Part shown: one piece after another, positions 1-12,971 of the stretch | Layout of the letters: every line of letters begins with the position of its first letter | Numbering within the stretch: position 1 is the first letter of the stretch | Assembly: GCA_013115125.1 (NCBI GenBank) | Contig: JABANN010000008.1 | Coordinates: 1-64,000 of the forward strand | Direction of reading: 5' to 3' | DNA from: Perkinsus olseni | Taxonomy: Eukaryota | DNA length: 64,000 bases | Notes under the pieces: generated by a model | The model's input: the letters and a program-made list of their open reading frames with translations, nothing else | Database searches by the model: none | What the model was told of the DNA's origin: nothing | Translations under genes and position numbers: made by a program

Positions 1-263
1 GCGGGCTCGGTGGTGCCAAGGACCTCGTCACTACCTGGTGGCCTTGGGGTGCTGGTATGTTTGCTACTTCTCTTGGACCTAACAAGGCTTGCTTCGTTTT
101 GGGTGCTAAGTCAGCTCCTGGTACCGGCCATATGGTTCTTTGGGGCAAGCTCTCTGCTATCCAGAAGGGTCTCATTGAATCCACTAAGGTAAACGAGAAC
201 AAGCGCGGCATCATCGGCTCTTGGGGCTGGCATTTCGTCCATCACACTCCCTTCATGAACTAA
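1..263 (+). CDS. 3' end of a small membrane protein (partial, spliced)
   Basis: A GT intron near 55 and a GC intron near 144 join to ...RHYLVALGCWLASFWVLSQLLVPAIWFFG|VNENKRGIIGSWGWHFVHHTPFMN*. One hydrophobic segment; family not recognised. Confidence 0.45.
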   Translation, partial: GLGGAKDLVTTWWPWGAGMFATSLGPNKACFVLGAKSAPGTGHMVLWGKLSAIQKGLIESTKVNENKRGIIGSWGWHFVHHTPFMN

Positions 264-376
264 TTCTAGTTTCTAGGAGTTCTCTTTTGAGTGATTGTCC
301 GTATGTGACTACTGCTGCTCGCATTTGTTATAAAATAGCTGTTCCTTTCCGTGAGCAATGACGTGTTGTCGAGTTG

Positions 377-2873
377 TTAGTCGAGTTGGAGAACGGAGTT
401 CTCGACCCATTTTTCGACGCAGCCTGGGGATAAGCGTTGCCCAGGGGTATTAATGGGCCGGATGATTCGATTGTTAGTGTTTTTTGACCGTTGGGGATAC
501 GGGCAACTCGGACAGACTAGGGAAGGTTGCGCGGATAACCGAAGATTTAGCAAAGGCTAGATTACCGTCAGCCACTGTAAAGGCGTGACTATCGGCGTTC
601 ATCAACGGCCAGCGATTCGCCCATTGCGTACCGACATCCTGGTTTGAAGATTCAATTCGTTCCCGAAGCATCGCAACTCGAAGGAGCTACTTCGAACAAT
701 ACATCACATGAGTGATCGTATCGACGACAGAAATGTGAGTTCCTCAGCCTCCGTCCCCGGACGCGCGCTCCACAACCTAGGTCATCTCAGACTAACGCTG
801 CAAGAAAGAGTCTCAGGAAACGTGACAGTGGTTTAGATGCGTTTTAACAGGAAGACCGTTATGTACAGGCTGATGTGTCGAGAGCATCCCTTATCTCCGA
901 GCTCGTCGAAGCCGCTTCAACGCCCGCGGATTCTTCTTTCTCCTTCTTTCGAAGTGCCTTCCGCTGTGAACGACTTAATCTCCGAAGCTCCCGCTTTCGG
1001 CCACCCAACGTCGGTCTGAGGCAGTGTTCCTTCATCGTGTGAATTCTCCTCAATAGGTCCATTCACAAAAACCGCTGTACTTACAGCTCCTCCATCCCCT
1101 CAGGCTTTTCTATAATCTTCTTTCGTATGAGGTCACTGGTCGAGAGAAGCGGCTTCTGATGACGCCAGTAGTACCCTCGAGAAGGCCAAGGGTCCTTGTC
1201 CGCTTCAGCGTGCTGCAGGTCGTTTTTTACGAGCTCATCAAGAGCCTTCACTGCCGCGGATATACTGAACAAGGCGCATCACACCATCGCTCTGTAATGC
1301 CCAACGCACAGGAGACTTTCGCAGAAGCCCTTCCGCCCACCGAACCTACTCTTCCACACTGTGTGAGCCTCCAAGTTTTTCACGCACTTCGATGAACTTC
1401 TGCAGCGGTGCGTAGAGCATGCGGAACGCATGGCTTTTCACGCATCTTGGTGGCGCCGTATGGGGATAGAGCTTGGCGAACTTAATGTACTCCTCTACCA
1501 TCTCGCACTGACTGAGTGTTGGCTGCTCCTTCTCAGGCCCAGCAAACAACGTGGGGACTTCCAAGATGCACTCGGAGCTCATAACTGCATCACACTTGGT
1601 CACCTACAACATAACTATGTACTCTAATACAACAGCCTTCGACGTCCCATCACCTCGAAGCACTTCTCGACATCCTCGAAGCATGAAATGCCACCATTGA
1701 CGATGAACGGAACGTTCGGTACGCACGCCCGAACTTCCGCGGCCGCTTCCCACCAGCACGCTTGCGTCAATTGACCTGATCAGAAGTCGATAACTGACGG
1801 TTCTCCTTTAGCCGTTCTCTAATGCGACAGCAGCTGTATGTGGAGGAATTCCCAGAGACCAAACGCTTTCGAAGCCCCACTACCTTTCCATTCCTTAGTT
1901 CGTGGATGCAGTGCGATGAGGTCAACTCCAATGGCGTCTAAGCGCTTCACAAACTCCTTCGTCGCCGGTACATCCGGCCTGCCAGAACCATCATCGTCGG
2001 TGGCGGTCATGAGGCGAATCTTGACCGATACCGGGCATTTTAGACCCTGAAAATAGCGAGTTTGCAAATCCACGGGGAGAGCAAAATCGAGGCGGCAGTG
2101 GGAGAGGGACGATCATCTCCATCCCCCAACTACCTTGACCATTTTCTCCACGACATCGAGCACCAGGTCCGGCTCCTCAAGCAGGAAACTTCCATAGTGA
2201 CCCCGTCTGGCGATGCCTTGTGGGCATCCCAGGTTGAGATCAACACACGAAACCTACCATGGGACGATCCGCCGGAGAAGAGCCTCGATCCGATATGCGC
2301 ATCACCTGATCTTCTATGTGTCGGGCTGCCTCTACTATAATGTTACCATTGTCACCACAGAACTGGGCTGCCAGTGGAGAATCGCCGGGTGCCTAGGCAG
2401 CCACGGGAGCAGGTTGATTCTTCTTGAGACGATAAGAAGAGGCGTCGCATCAGGGGTTCGCGATTGAGCCGAACAAGGTCTACCCCCCATTACGGTTTCA
2501 AAGTTTTTCTCTCGATATTTCTTGGACGTGGCGAATGATTTAGCATGCATCATTGGTGTGTAGCAGAACTGAGCGCCGTACCTACAGGATGGCGAGGAGG
2601 TGAGCGGTAGGCACTTCGAAGAGCCTCATCGTAGCTACTTCCGAGTCATCATGCGAAATGCCAGCTCACTCTGGTCAACCATGGGGGCCGTAACGTAACG
2701 AGGAGAACCAATTGACTTCCACCAGTCGTATCTGCAGCGCTATCATGTCACTGAGGTGAGCTGAGGGCAGTGGATCCTGCTTAGGGCGACTACCACTACC
2801 TGTGAAGTCGCTCTTGAGTAGTGGCGGCGGACGGCGGTGACGACCGAAGCTCCGACGGTACCGAATCAGACAT
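377..2873 (-). CDS. DUS1: tRNA-dihydrouridine synthase, DUS1-like (multi-exon)
   Basis: Exons give [49 protein letters not shown] and [20 protein letters not shown] at 2873; 3' end approximate. Confidence 0.88.
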
Positions 2874-3022
2874 GAGAAAACGAGGAACTGGTACACTCCG
2901 GAGTGTCACTTGCCCAACCATTGAACGCACAACTCTGTGGATTCTTGAGATACTGAGGACTCCGGTGATAACTAACAGTTTGCTGTGAGAGTGAGTAAAG
3001 TGGCATCCCCAGTGCAGGGACT

Positions 3023-5311
3023 CTAAGTAGTAGTAGCAGTTGTTCTGTAGTACCTGAAACCACCTTCAAAAGCCAGTCACAGGGATTTCCAATCCGCTAC
3101 CAGTAAATAGGAGTATCGAAACCATTGAAGCTGGTAGCAGCCGCGGTAGTGTAGGCGCCCATGTTCCTCCAGAGCAAATGGTCACCTACAGGCCGTCAAT
3201 GGTCTTGCCGGGAAAATAGTGGAGCTCACCAATGTCCATCTCCGGGAGATGAGTGACCCCGTTCATGATCGTATCAAAGCCGTCACATGTCGGTCCGAAG
3301 AGAACATGAGTCGGGTTAGCCGCATCCTGACTGCCACGAGCCTCGGCCCTGAACAGAGGACTGTGCGGACGCTCGTTCTCCAAACAATCTAACATTACTC
3401 CTCGTGCAGTGGCTCGGGCCATACTTCCTGGTGGTCGTAAAGGATACAGTTGAAGGAGCCGTAGACACCGTCGTTGAGGTAGAGCCTACGAGATGGACGT
3501 GGCGGTACTGGGAAAGAGTTGCTTGAGGGCCTACCTAGTCATCGACGAAAGCTTTCTCTCCCCCAGTTCGTCACTACTGGTGCTGCTACCACCATCCATT
3601 GCATCCTCGTCACCGATCCCAGCCGAGCCCGCCACCTCAGGCAACCTCGAGGCAGCCGATACGACGACGTTTTTCAAGTAAATCTTAGTGATCAACGCGC
3701 AGGGACTGCAGGCAAAGTACCTGGGGAGGGTCGGAGTGTATGAAGAGAATTGCAGTGGACGATACCTTCCAGGCTCTGCGATGACCTGAACCTCATCAGG
3801 GTTCGGAAAAAGGGTGTCCAGTAGAGAGTTCACCACCGTTGACATGGACTTGAAGGTCACTGGAGATCCTAATACAAAAAACCCGGATCACCCCTCGGGG
3901 GAAAGTGCTGGTAGCAACCACCTTCCTTGTCGACGCCTTGGAAGCCCCCTCCGATGTCAAGGACCGACAGCTTTAGACCGTAACGAGACCTGACACGGCA
4001 AACGTAAGGAAGGCTAGCAGCTTGTCAAGTGATAAGCGCAAGACGTGCCTGCCGTGTGAACTCAGCGTCAATAACAGGCACAGGAGCACTGCGAATGATT
4101 TAACTTGAGGACACGAGCGAATGGCCCAGCAAGGACTACAGGAAGCTGAGACCATGGAGACGTTAACGTGTAGAGGTGAGCATACCGTGACCTACGCAGC
4201 TGCATCGAAGACCTCACGAGCATCAACCAGTGCCTTGGTGAGGGAGTGGATATCGGAACAACCCGATCCAACATGGAAAGATACTCCAACAACTGAAACA
4301 GGAGAAGGCATAAGACGCTTTCCACTATCCGATATTGCTCACCGTTAAGTCCGTGATTCATCGCTTCCTCCAACAACACGGTGACAGTGACGCCAAGCGA
4401 GGCGCCGAACTTGGCACTCATCGGGCACTGCGCGCTGTTGTCGACACACGCGAGGCGGAGAAGCAGTTTGGCCTTAGGGTGGTAATGAGCGATCTAAATA
4501 GGAACTCGAGCAGTACGTTGAGATGTCCTGTGGGAAGGGACGGCTTACCTTGGCTATCTCAGAGGCAGAATCAGCCACGAGAAGCTCAACTCCCAAGTCA
4601 CGAGCACCAACCAGATGAGACGGCAACTTGGTCGGATTGGCATAAACCACGTGCGATGACATCATCTTCTGAAGGCTTGACACATCTCGAGAAGCTCAAG
4701 CGGAGGACCACTACGTTGATATCCTGAGCATCCGCAGCCCCCATCTCAGCAGAGAGAATGCTTTCGACCAATCTCATTTCGTTGACGGTAGCGCAGTCAA
4801 ATCTAGAGCCCAGGCGGTAGAGGGTTTTGACTAGCATAGGGTCGGGGTTGCACTTCACTGCGTAGTACCTAGGAGCACCCTTCCATCGCGCTTCTCGTGG
4901 CATTCGGATGATTTGCGTCACTGCCGAGTTTCTTACGGGATAACACGAGGGAGCAAATCCTTCCACTGCTTCATCTGATTCTCGAGTTGATCTACAAGAG
5001 GCCAAAGCCTGACGACCATCTCCTAGTTCAGGCAGTCTACCTAGGTCTAGGAGCATAACAGGGACGTCCGGGTCATCCAAGTCCCTCAGAGCCTCCCCAG
5101 CAACGTATTGCACGGAGTCGTGCGACTTGGACACTAAACAGGACCGAAGATGAGATCCATTCAGACTTACGGTGATGACAAATCAAGTAGAAGTTGGCAG
5201 GGATCAGATCGCGGAACGACCAGAGAGCGTTCTCCCGATTCTGCCATTACCATGGATCTTATGGATGACGTTGTCGCACTCCTTGTCCTGAACAGAGCAG
5301 CTGCGGGTCAT
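3023..5311 (-). CDS. ODC: Ornithine decarboxylase (fold-type III PLP decarboxylase, multi-exon)
   Basis: [10 protein letters not shown] (PLP lysine), [49 protein letters not shown] and NMGAYT motifs in the expected order. Confidence 0.93.
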
Positions 5312-5600
5312 GGCTTCGTATCAGAGAGCTTCCAGTTGGTGATGGCTATCGACTTGGGAGGTTACGAGCGTCAGGAATGGTCGATGGCGACGGACAAACG
5401 AGAAATACAGAGGGGCTCGGGGGGCATAAACGACTGCGAAACACGGCATAGGCCTCCACAGCATCGAACCGGCATCTCCCATGCATGAAGCGGCTACTGA
5501 ACTCCACGACAGGCAAGGGGTAATAATAACGTGCAAAATGGAAGGGCGAGTAATGGTCCTGAATCTTCGTTATAATCGACACGAGGCTCGTTCACGATCC

Positions 5601-5985
5601 TCAGTCAGTAGGCGCATCGGGAGGGGTATTTTGCTGGTGATGAGCAGCAACAGCGGCAGCAGCAGCCGCGTTCATGTGCTCCAACGCCCGACGGTCGAGT
5701 CGTACTTTACGAATCTCTTCTTGCCTGAACAGGACGTGATGTTCGCGATTCTCTTGTCCTTTTCGCCCCACCTCAAAGCTATCTCCAATTTGAGCTTCTC
5801 TATTTCTAGTTGTTCGAGCGACAATTGCGTGAAGTCAAAGGGTTGGTCTAAGTAGACCATCTCTTCGATCGACGGAACTACAAGAACGAGAAGGTGAAAA
5901 AGGAGGCACCGAGCTGGGCCTAGTGCGAACGTGATGAAGAACCCAACCTACGTCCAGCTGTAACGTCAACTTCAGATGCGTCCAT
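5601..5985 (-). CDS. Small 3-exon coiled-coil hypothetical protein (~86 aa)
   Basis: Two GT-AG introns join MDASEVDVTAG|LPSIEEMVYLDQPFDFTQLSLEQLEIEKLKLEIALR|QEEIRKVRLDRRALEHMNAAAAAVAAHHQQNTPPDAPTD* in frame. Confidence 0.55.
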
Positions 5986-6364
5986 GGTCTTCGCGGCCGA
6001 TGATCACTAAATGAACTTGCGCGCACGGACTGTATCGATTACCATGGCGAGCGCGATCCACGCGCGTGGTGCGTACGTGCGCGTTTGACCAACTGGGATG
6101 TGCTCTCTTCCCCGAAGAGAGGCTGGCGACTGTGGCAACTAAGGGCAGGAATACTATCGGAAGGGGCTATTGGAAGGGATCTGGAAAGCTCCTGTCGAAA
6201 CCGAAGCCGGCTGAACGATGAAAGGCTCGCCCAGCTCGATCCAGATCGTCGGTTTGTAATTAAAACTCTGAATGGAGTCCGCATCATACAGCATCGGCGT
6301 ACCTTCGGCACTTCTATGACTGTGTGGAGGGGAGAGAGCATAGGATGATGGGTGAGATCGTAAA

Positions 6365-6436
6365 ATGTGTTTAGCTAAATGGTAGAGCGGCGAACTCCAC
6401 ATCGAATAGTCCTCGGTTCGAATCCGGGCACGCCGT
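6365..6436 (+). pseudogene. Degenerate tRNA (anticodon loop CTCCACA, Trp-like)
   Basis: A-box TAGCTAAATGGTAGAGC and T-arm CTCGG-TTCGAAT-CCGGG are correctly spaced, but acceptor and anticodon stems pair poorly. Confidence 0.7.
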
Positions 6437-6528
6437 TCATATAATGAAGATGTTAGACGGATTCACTCCCGTCTGAGAGTAACTAGTCTCCCCAAAAAAC
6501 TAGTTGTACCGTAGTTTTCCTCGCTATC

Positions 6529-7285
6529 ATGCATCGGAAACCTCTTGCCGGCTTACCATCGCGTCACTTTCGACCCCGAGAGGTGCCTGTCACGCAAAAG
6601 TATCTTGAAGTAGACGACATGCGGCGATGCGGCTCCGAGGGCCAGGTAAGATTCCTTCCCGAAGCTCCCGGAGTGCGTACGTTCATATATACCTAGTGTA
6701 TCGATCGACGCGCTCAATAGCCGTCCGATGCTGAGCCACCAGAGCACGTCGCTGGCTCCTCTGCAGATAAGGATCTATTCGCGCGACTATGAAAGCCCCT
6801 CGGAGCCACTCAAGCCGTCACAGGGGTCGAACTCCTTCCCGCTTGGTCAGCCAACGTTGAAATGGGTATCATCAGGAGGAGCTGGCGGACTACACTTTCC
6901 CACAGTGGACGGTACGCGAAACACCCAAATTCGTCTCCTGACTATTTCCTTCCAGATTCGGAGGCGCGCTATCGAGAGAAACTGAGCGTGATACAGCGGC
7001 AAACGATGAAGAAGAGCCGAGGTGGAATCAATCAGGCTCTTCAAGGCTACACCGATTACAACATCCTGGAGCACATGGTTCCTCAGGATTCCGCGAATTC
7101 GAACGATCCACGCATAAGGTCGCGCTGCAGTGCAGTTTTCCTGCACGCTAGACACTATTCAGGTTCCTAACCAACTACGAGATCAACTCGAGATTCATGA
7201 CATCAGCCTTGAAGGCGGAGAATCTCACGCCTTGCCGGCCCCCGGTTCCACCTCGGAAGCATTGGCTTTACGAGGAAAATTCTGA
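6529..7285 (+). CDS. Hypothetical protein (spliced)
   Basis: ATG at 6529, plausible short introns, exon ORF 6862-7170 (HPNSSPDYFLPDSEARYREKLSVIQRQ...). No family recognised. Confidence 0.35.
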
Positions 7286-7499
7286 TGATTTTGATATCAT
7301 ATCGAACAGAATGAGACCATGTTGATTCGGTGATGTGCTGCTGTATCGTTTTCGGTTATCCAGTACTGACGGTTCGGTGATGCTACACTTGCACTCAAGT
7401 CGAAGAAAATTGACAATGACCTTTCAGTTCATAAGAGTTATAACGGGCAGTAGGCCCGATAATAGCATAATCGTGCTACAAGCACTCACGTACGAACGA

Positions 7500-8249
7500 T
7501 CACAGATTCTCTAAGACGACTCTCTTGGCTACAGTAATACCTGTAAGGATCATACGATGCTTACCCTCCTTCACTGCAGTGCCATGAGGGTCATAATCAC
7601 CCTCCTCCCATCTGAGCGGGCATCCGTCCACGGCCGCTATAGCAGCCGCCCTGATGCCTCTAATAGATGCCACGGTAAAAAGGGCCGAGTTTTCCATCTC
7701 GACGCCGATGGCCCCGGCAGCTGCATGGCCAAGTAGTGTGGTCTCCTTAGCCGGACTTGGGTAGAAGCAGGCAGCTGCTACAGTGATACCGAAATGGCAG
7801 CGCTCGAAGCCAAGCTCATGGGCGGTGTCCCTCATCGCGATGCACAAAGCCGGGTCGGAAACAGCAGGAAAGCCGGCGGGAACCAGGTACTGGGAAACGC
7901 CATCCTCAGCAGCCGAGCCTGTGGTGACAATAAGATCTCCTTGCTTGATATCATCGGGTTTCAACGACCCACAGGTGCCAAGGCGCATGATGACCTTCGC
8001 ACCGCACTTGATAAGCTCCTCGAAACATATAGCGCAGCCAGGCCCGCCTACGCCGTGGGATGCAACGGTGAAATCCGCTCCTTGATACTTCACGTTGTAA
8101 GTGCGATACTCTCTGTTGAAGGCCAGTTCCTCGCACGAGTCACAATACTTGGTGGCAATGAGCTCGGCTCGGCCAGGATCTCCGACAGCGCACACGACCG
8201 GGTGTATGGTTCCTTCCTTAACCTTCAGATGAGGCGCCTCGTACACCAT
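7500..8249 (-). CDS. PNP: Purine nucleoside / uridine phosphorylase (NP-I hexameric type), intronless
   Basis: Continuous ORF with GDPGRA, NREY, SHGVGGPG, FEELIKCGAK, RLGTCGSL and VEME motifs. Confidence 0.92.
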   Translation of the reverse strand: MVYEAPHLKVKEGTIHPVVCAVGDPGRAELIATKYCDSCEELAFNREYRTYNVKYQGADFTVASHGVGGPGCAICFEELIKCGAKVIMRLGTCGSLKPDDIKQGDLIVTTGSAAEDGVSQYLVPAGFPAVSDPALCIAMRDTAHELGFERCHFGITVAAACFYPSPAKETTLLGHAAAGAIGVEMENSALFTVASIRGIRAAAIAAVDGCPLRWEEGDYDPHGTAVKEGKHRMILTGITVAKRVVLENL

Positions 8250-8484
8250 TGACGATGACAACAAAATAAATACAGCCTAAACTGACTGCAACGGTGCACC
8301 ACGACCACCAGCTGAATTAGCTATGCTGCGAATGTGCACGCGTGCGCGCACAAACCGGTCGCTGAACGGAGTTCGATGAGGTTCAGATTCATGGACTCTG
8401 AGCTATGCGAGCCGCGGCGAGAGGCGAAGCTGCCGAGCTAAATGAGAGCATCAGTAACCCAACATGATCGGCATTTATAAGTCG

Positions 8485-10560
8485 TTAAATGTTGGCGGCA
8501 TTTGCCTCAAGACGTGTCATCCCCCCTCTGTTCTCGCTCGCGCTGTAATCGCTCCTCCTCCAACTCTGACAAAGAGAGCACCATCAAGTACTGAGCATCT
8601 ACACACAGGGCTACGTCGGACTGTCTTGCTTTTCTGCTGCCTATGGGCCTCTAGCCGGTCCAAGAATGCTGCATTGTCTCGGGGCGCAGTAGGAGCCTGA
8701 TGGTACCAACATCCAGTGGAACCGTATAAGACGTCCCTCACTTGCTGCGGCTGGCTCTCAGCAACGGGAACAGCAGGCGGAGCTGTCGGTGCCGCCGCTG
8801 TCCCTGTTTGACCCCGGCCGCCTTGGAAGCTCGCCGGTGCTGTGGGACGATGCGCATCTGGCAGAGGATCTCAACTTCAGACTGCCCCTCAGCGCGTTTA
8901 CTTTCAATGTCATCATCGTCATCTCTAAAAGCTACATTCATGCGATTCACGATGCCGTACTCTGAAACAACACGGAAGTGAAACTCAGCAGGAGAGAGCC
9001 GATAATCTCACGGTCCCTTTCTTGCCGGCCCCAACTCCTCGCGTTCTCAAATAGTGGGTGGGTATGCAATTGCCGCTGCTCCATAAGAGTGTGAATTTTG
9101 TACACTTCAACGAGGCACATGCCGCCCATCAATATCCCCACACCAGCAAATCTGAAACGATGTCGATGCACGGCGGAGCGAAGCGCATGCGAAGCTCACA
9201 TTCCGCCTTGCCCACCGAGGAGGCCGTTAAGAATGAACAGAACTGCTGCGATACCGCTGACCCAGATTAGAATTCGGGCTGTTCGTCTCACGGGACAACA
9301 GCAGCCCAACTGGAGGACGCATACTAGAATCTTGGCTGCATCCATTGGGTACCTATTCCAATGCCCGTACGAGACGGCAAGAATCCGCACGAGGGATTTC
9401 ATTCCTTTGTTTCGGCTACTGGTTGAACTTTGCCGGCTAGGCCGCTCCATTGCGATTTACTCATCAGCACAGAATGTTCGGTCCGGAATCAAATTTCACG
9501 TAAGACGGTCACTGACCTCGGCAGCGCGAAAACAGAGGACACGCGCGCGTGAAGTCAAAGGCTTTGAGGAAATACCTATCCTTACATAGGGAAGAGCAGG
9601 TTGAATAAGAACAGCATAACATTGATACGGATCCCCATCGCACACAGCTCTAGGACCTGTACGGTGACTACTGTAAAGCACATCGAGCCGACGTTAACGT
9701 ACCAGAATGCTCGCTGAAGACATCAAAGCGAAATTGATCGGCACTGAGGCGTGACCTAGCGGGTTAAGAAAGGCCCACACGTTGGGCATGAACCTGAGCA
9801 ACACCGTAACAGGGCAACTTGATACTCACTGAGCTTACGCAGCCAGCTGCTCTGGCAATAGAAGTGCGGAAGCGCCCGACAGGAGTAGACACCAGAACGG
9901 AGCTTGGAAGAGATGGGTGAAGGGCCCCGCTGCCACCACCTAAGCGGAGTCACGCTGCAGCGACCTACAGATGCCTTGAAATGACCTCCAAGTCTTTCAA
10001 CAAATTTTCTTTGACGCTTCCTTGCCTGGGGTAGCTCGAGAAGCAGATACCTAAAGCATGGTATAGTTCAGGAGGCATAACAGTCAGTCGGGCTATGCTC
10101 AGGAATCCCATAACAGAACGAGGGCGGTCAGCTGGGGGAGCTCACCTCCGAAGGGCCATAGGAGGATATAACTTATGCTGCCTCCGAGATACCGCGCCAT
10201 GCTTCCATGGCCGAACTCATGGCAAAGGACTGTTAGTTGCAATATCGCTTGAAAGCCTAGTGAGGTAAAGGGGGTGGAGAGGAGGCGAAGATTCTCGTCG
10301 CGTACCGACTGCTGAGAGCAAGGCATACAGGCCTGGTTGGTTGCTGCCCAAGGCTTGCAGTATTTGGTAGACAAACAGGCCAACCAACCAGTAGTTTACT
10401 CGAATCGGAGTGCCCAGGATCCTGATGGGAGAGCCAGCAACGGTAGGTAGCTGATATAGCGAGTCGCTACTAGCGACAGGAGGACCTACTTCCCTGCGTA
10501 GAAGGAATTGGAGTCGCTTGACTGGCTTAACCCTTGCGAGCCAAACCCAAGGTTGGACAT
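8485..10560 (-). CDS. Site-2 protease family (peptidase M50) membrane metalloprotease (multi-exon)
   Basis: LTVLCHEFGHG (HExxH), LWPFGG, VVAAGPFTH and FNLLFPMYPMDA (NxxPxxxxDG-like) across spliced exons. Confidence 0.8.
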
Positions 10561-11362
10561 ATCACAAAAATGAGAACTGAGCGGAGCTGAAGGTGCGACG
10601 CGAGATCTGCTGAGTCCCAAAGGCAGCAATCTCAGTGCTAGCCCGAATCGTGACGCGCGATCTCAAAAACCCGACATGCTCGCTCAACTCTCCCTGTATC
10701 ACACGGAGTGCATAGACGGCCGGGAGCGGAATGGTAATAGGCCGAGAAGTTGGGCTCACGTTCAGCTTGAACGCCCTCTTTCCCTGAAGTAATTCGTGCC
10801 GCCCAAACCCTGTGAATCCCCCTCCGCGTTACTAGTTAACTCAAGGCATATCTTTCCTACACGCGCCGGAAACGTGATCGAAGGCATGGAACTCCGCCGT
10901 ACATCGAACCTTCGGCGATAGAGATTCTCATGTGAGTCGTACTGCCGGTGGAGCATCCTTTGTAGCTCCCCTCCCGAACCCTCCCAGCTAGCTGGCCCCC
11001 TCCTGATCTCGGAGGTGCCAGGTGCTCGGTGAGCACTCGCATCGCGAAGCCCAGCCTCGGCCTACCAGTCAGAATACTTGCTCTATGTGCTCTCCGATGC
11101 CGCTGGTGCACGCAGAGGACCTACAGTATGTATCGCTTGGCCCGAGGGCGCCGGCGCTGTTGGTGTGACGCCGACGCGACTCTCCTATAGCAAGGCATGG
11201 TGTAGGTGCGGGCACCGCACTGCCGGGACAGCCTCTGCCATCAACAGTCCTCCGACGGCTTCACTTCGCAAATCGACGGTGGTGGACCTACGATCGCTTT
11301 CGGCCCAAGGGTGGCCAATTTGGGACCCGATATTGAAACACTCGGAGGAGCACGCATGCACA

Positions 11363-11434
11363 TGGCTGTTCTGGGAGTCGAACCCAGGCCTCTACCGCCC
11401 AAAGGCAGAATCTTAACCTCTAGACCAAACAGCC
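11363..11434 (-). tRNA. tRNA-Pro (TGG)
   Basis: Cloverleaf: GGCTGTT/AACAGCC acceptor, anticodon arm CTGCC-TTTGGGC-GGTAG, T-arm CTGGG-TTCGACT-CCCAG. Confidence 0.88.
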
Positions 11435-11599
11435 GGCTGATGCGGCCCTCTCTCAAAGCGCGACACCACGATCCCAGCTTGTATTGTTGAGCAGTCTTTC
11501 TTTAATCTAAGGGCAAGGATGGGGTATGCGAGCTGTGATTCTGCAGCCTCGCAACCCTCCCCTCCGCCAGGCACCCAGGCTCAGCCTACACTGCACGCA

Positions 11600-12360
11600 C
11601 TTCTAGCAATTCTCATGCCACTCACCGCCCATGCGACTATCGAAGATGATTCAGTGGAATCCATCTGCCAAGTTTGGAGTCTCAATATGCCGGCTCTAAA
11701 CGACGCCGTGTGTATCCCTGAGTTCCACACTACTACGTCGACCCCACCATTCCACGAGGCTCCCCCCCCCACTTATCATAGGAAAATCATCCATCATCTT
11801 GTCCAGGCGACCCGAACAATCGGAAAATGGCTGCTGAAGGATGGTGCCGCTAAAGAAAGTTCATAGGAATTAATGGACACTCCCAACTCAATGCTTCCAC
11901 AGTGGAAGTGCTGCTACGTTACTGGCAGACTCTCCGGCCATACGGCTGAGGTTTCGGGCGGGCCAGGGCGGAGGACTTGGGGAATCCGACGCGATACGAG
12001 CTTTGTCGAAACGACGAGGCGAGCGCCCAACTGACGAGCCTGTCACATTTCGACGATCAACTCTGTTCACTCAGTGGCGTGATCAACTCAGGCGTTGCTT
12101 GGACGGTGTGACAAACATCGAAGTGGGAGAGGAGCGGTACGATACTGAAACGAAGGAATTGTGAGTATTTCGCTCGAGTTTCTCTCGCAGGGAAACACGG
12201 CAGTGAGGGAGCTTGGTGCAAGTTGCAACCACTCGGTAGTGGTTGTAGCGCCCGTTGTACTGGGGAGTCCCCAGTGGGGACACTTCCCGTGTTGCATTGT
12301 GGCATGTGATTGATGTGCCGAAGATACGTTTTGCGGCCGCCTAGAGATGCTTCTCCATGC
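11600..12360 (-). mobile_element. Possible decayed transposase remnant (MULE-like)
   Basis: Stop- and frameshift-broken peptides including CTKLPHC and YDKW...WNSG...AGI/ETPNLADGFH, resembling the MULE TNNxxExFH region. Recognised by eye only. Confidence 0.2.
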
Positions 12361-12971
12361 CGTTAGAGGTGGATGATAATCCTCAGAGGTTATGGTAGGT
12401 CACTAGCCTTATTTCAGCGCGTGTGCCGTCATTCATAGATTCAGTAGATCGTGGCATGCATACGGGTAGATAGGTAGGCTAGAGAAAATCCTCTTACCAT
12501 CGAGTACTTCGCCCGCGCCCGGTTGTGCGGTGTCTTCCGATTACGAAGGTTGTGGCCGTGGAATGATCCTCACCCTCGCAAGAAGGTCACTCAATGCGCG
12601 CTCCTCTTTGAGACACCTTCGCGGCACTCAGTCAAGGGACGGCAAGAGCTTCTCGCCGTGCATAGCAGCGAGTTGGTCAAGCAATATGTGAAGCGGTGGT
12701 AGGTATCACACTATCGCTTGGATCAGTTCCGATAGGCGGTAGCGTCGCATGAACAATTCCTGGTTCTGATACTTTAAAACTGACCGTGTGCCTTGTCCTA
12801 GGGAAGTAACGTTCAATTTCTTACGTTAAGAGGTGAGAATCTTTGGTTCGAAGCGAGGGTGATATTTGTTAGTAAGTTGCGTTGGTTATAAACATGGCCG
12901 TTTTCACCAATGAACTGAGGACGGTTCATCATCGTGTATTATGGGCGCTGGGGAAGGATAGTTGTACTGTG

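Noticed and set aside
2874-3066. ODC-DUS1 in-frame fusion via an alternative acceptor
   Set aside because: One frame is open across the gap, but the stronger TTTCAG acceptor gives a normal ODC stop at 3023. An open frame of this length is unremarkable.
5312-5985. Polyamine-sensing uORF upstream of ODC
   Set aside because: The 62-aa ORF resolves into a separate 3-exon gene. The Pro/Ser-rich frame 5346-5582 lacks a PPW or terminal PS-stop motif and overlaps a pyrimidine-rich acceptor region.
7783-8252. Antisense ORFs over PNP (and similar ones over BMS1, RPS8 and SLC35F)
   Set aside because: Shadow ORFs of real coding strands with no independent motifs.
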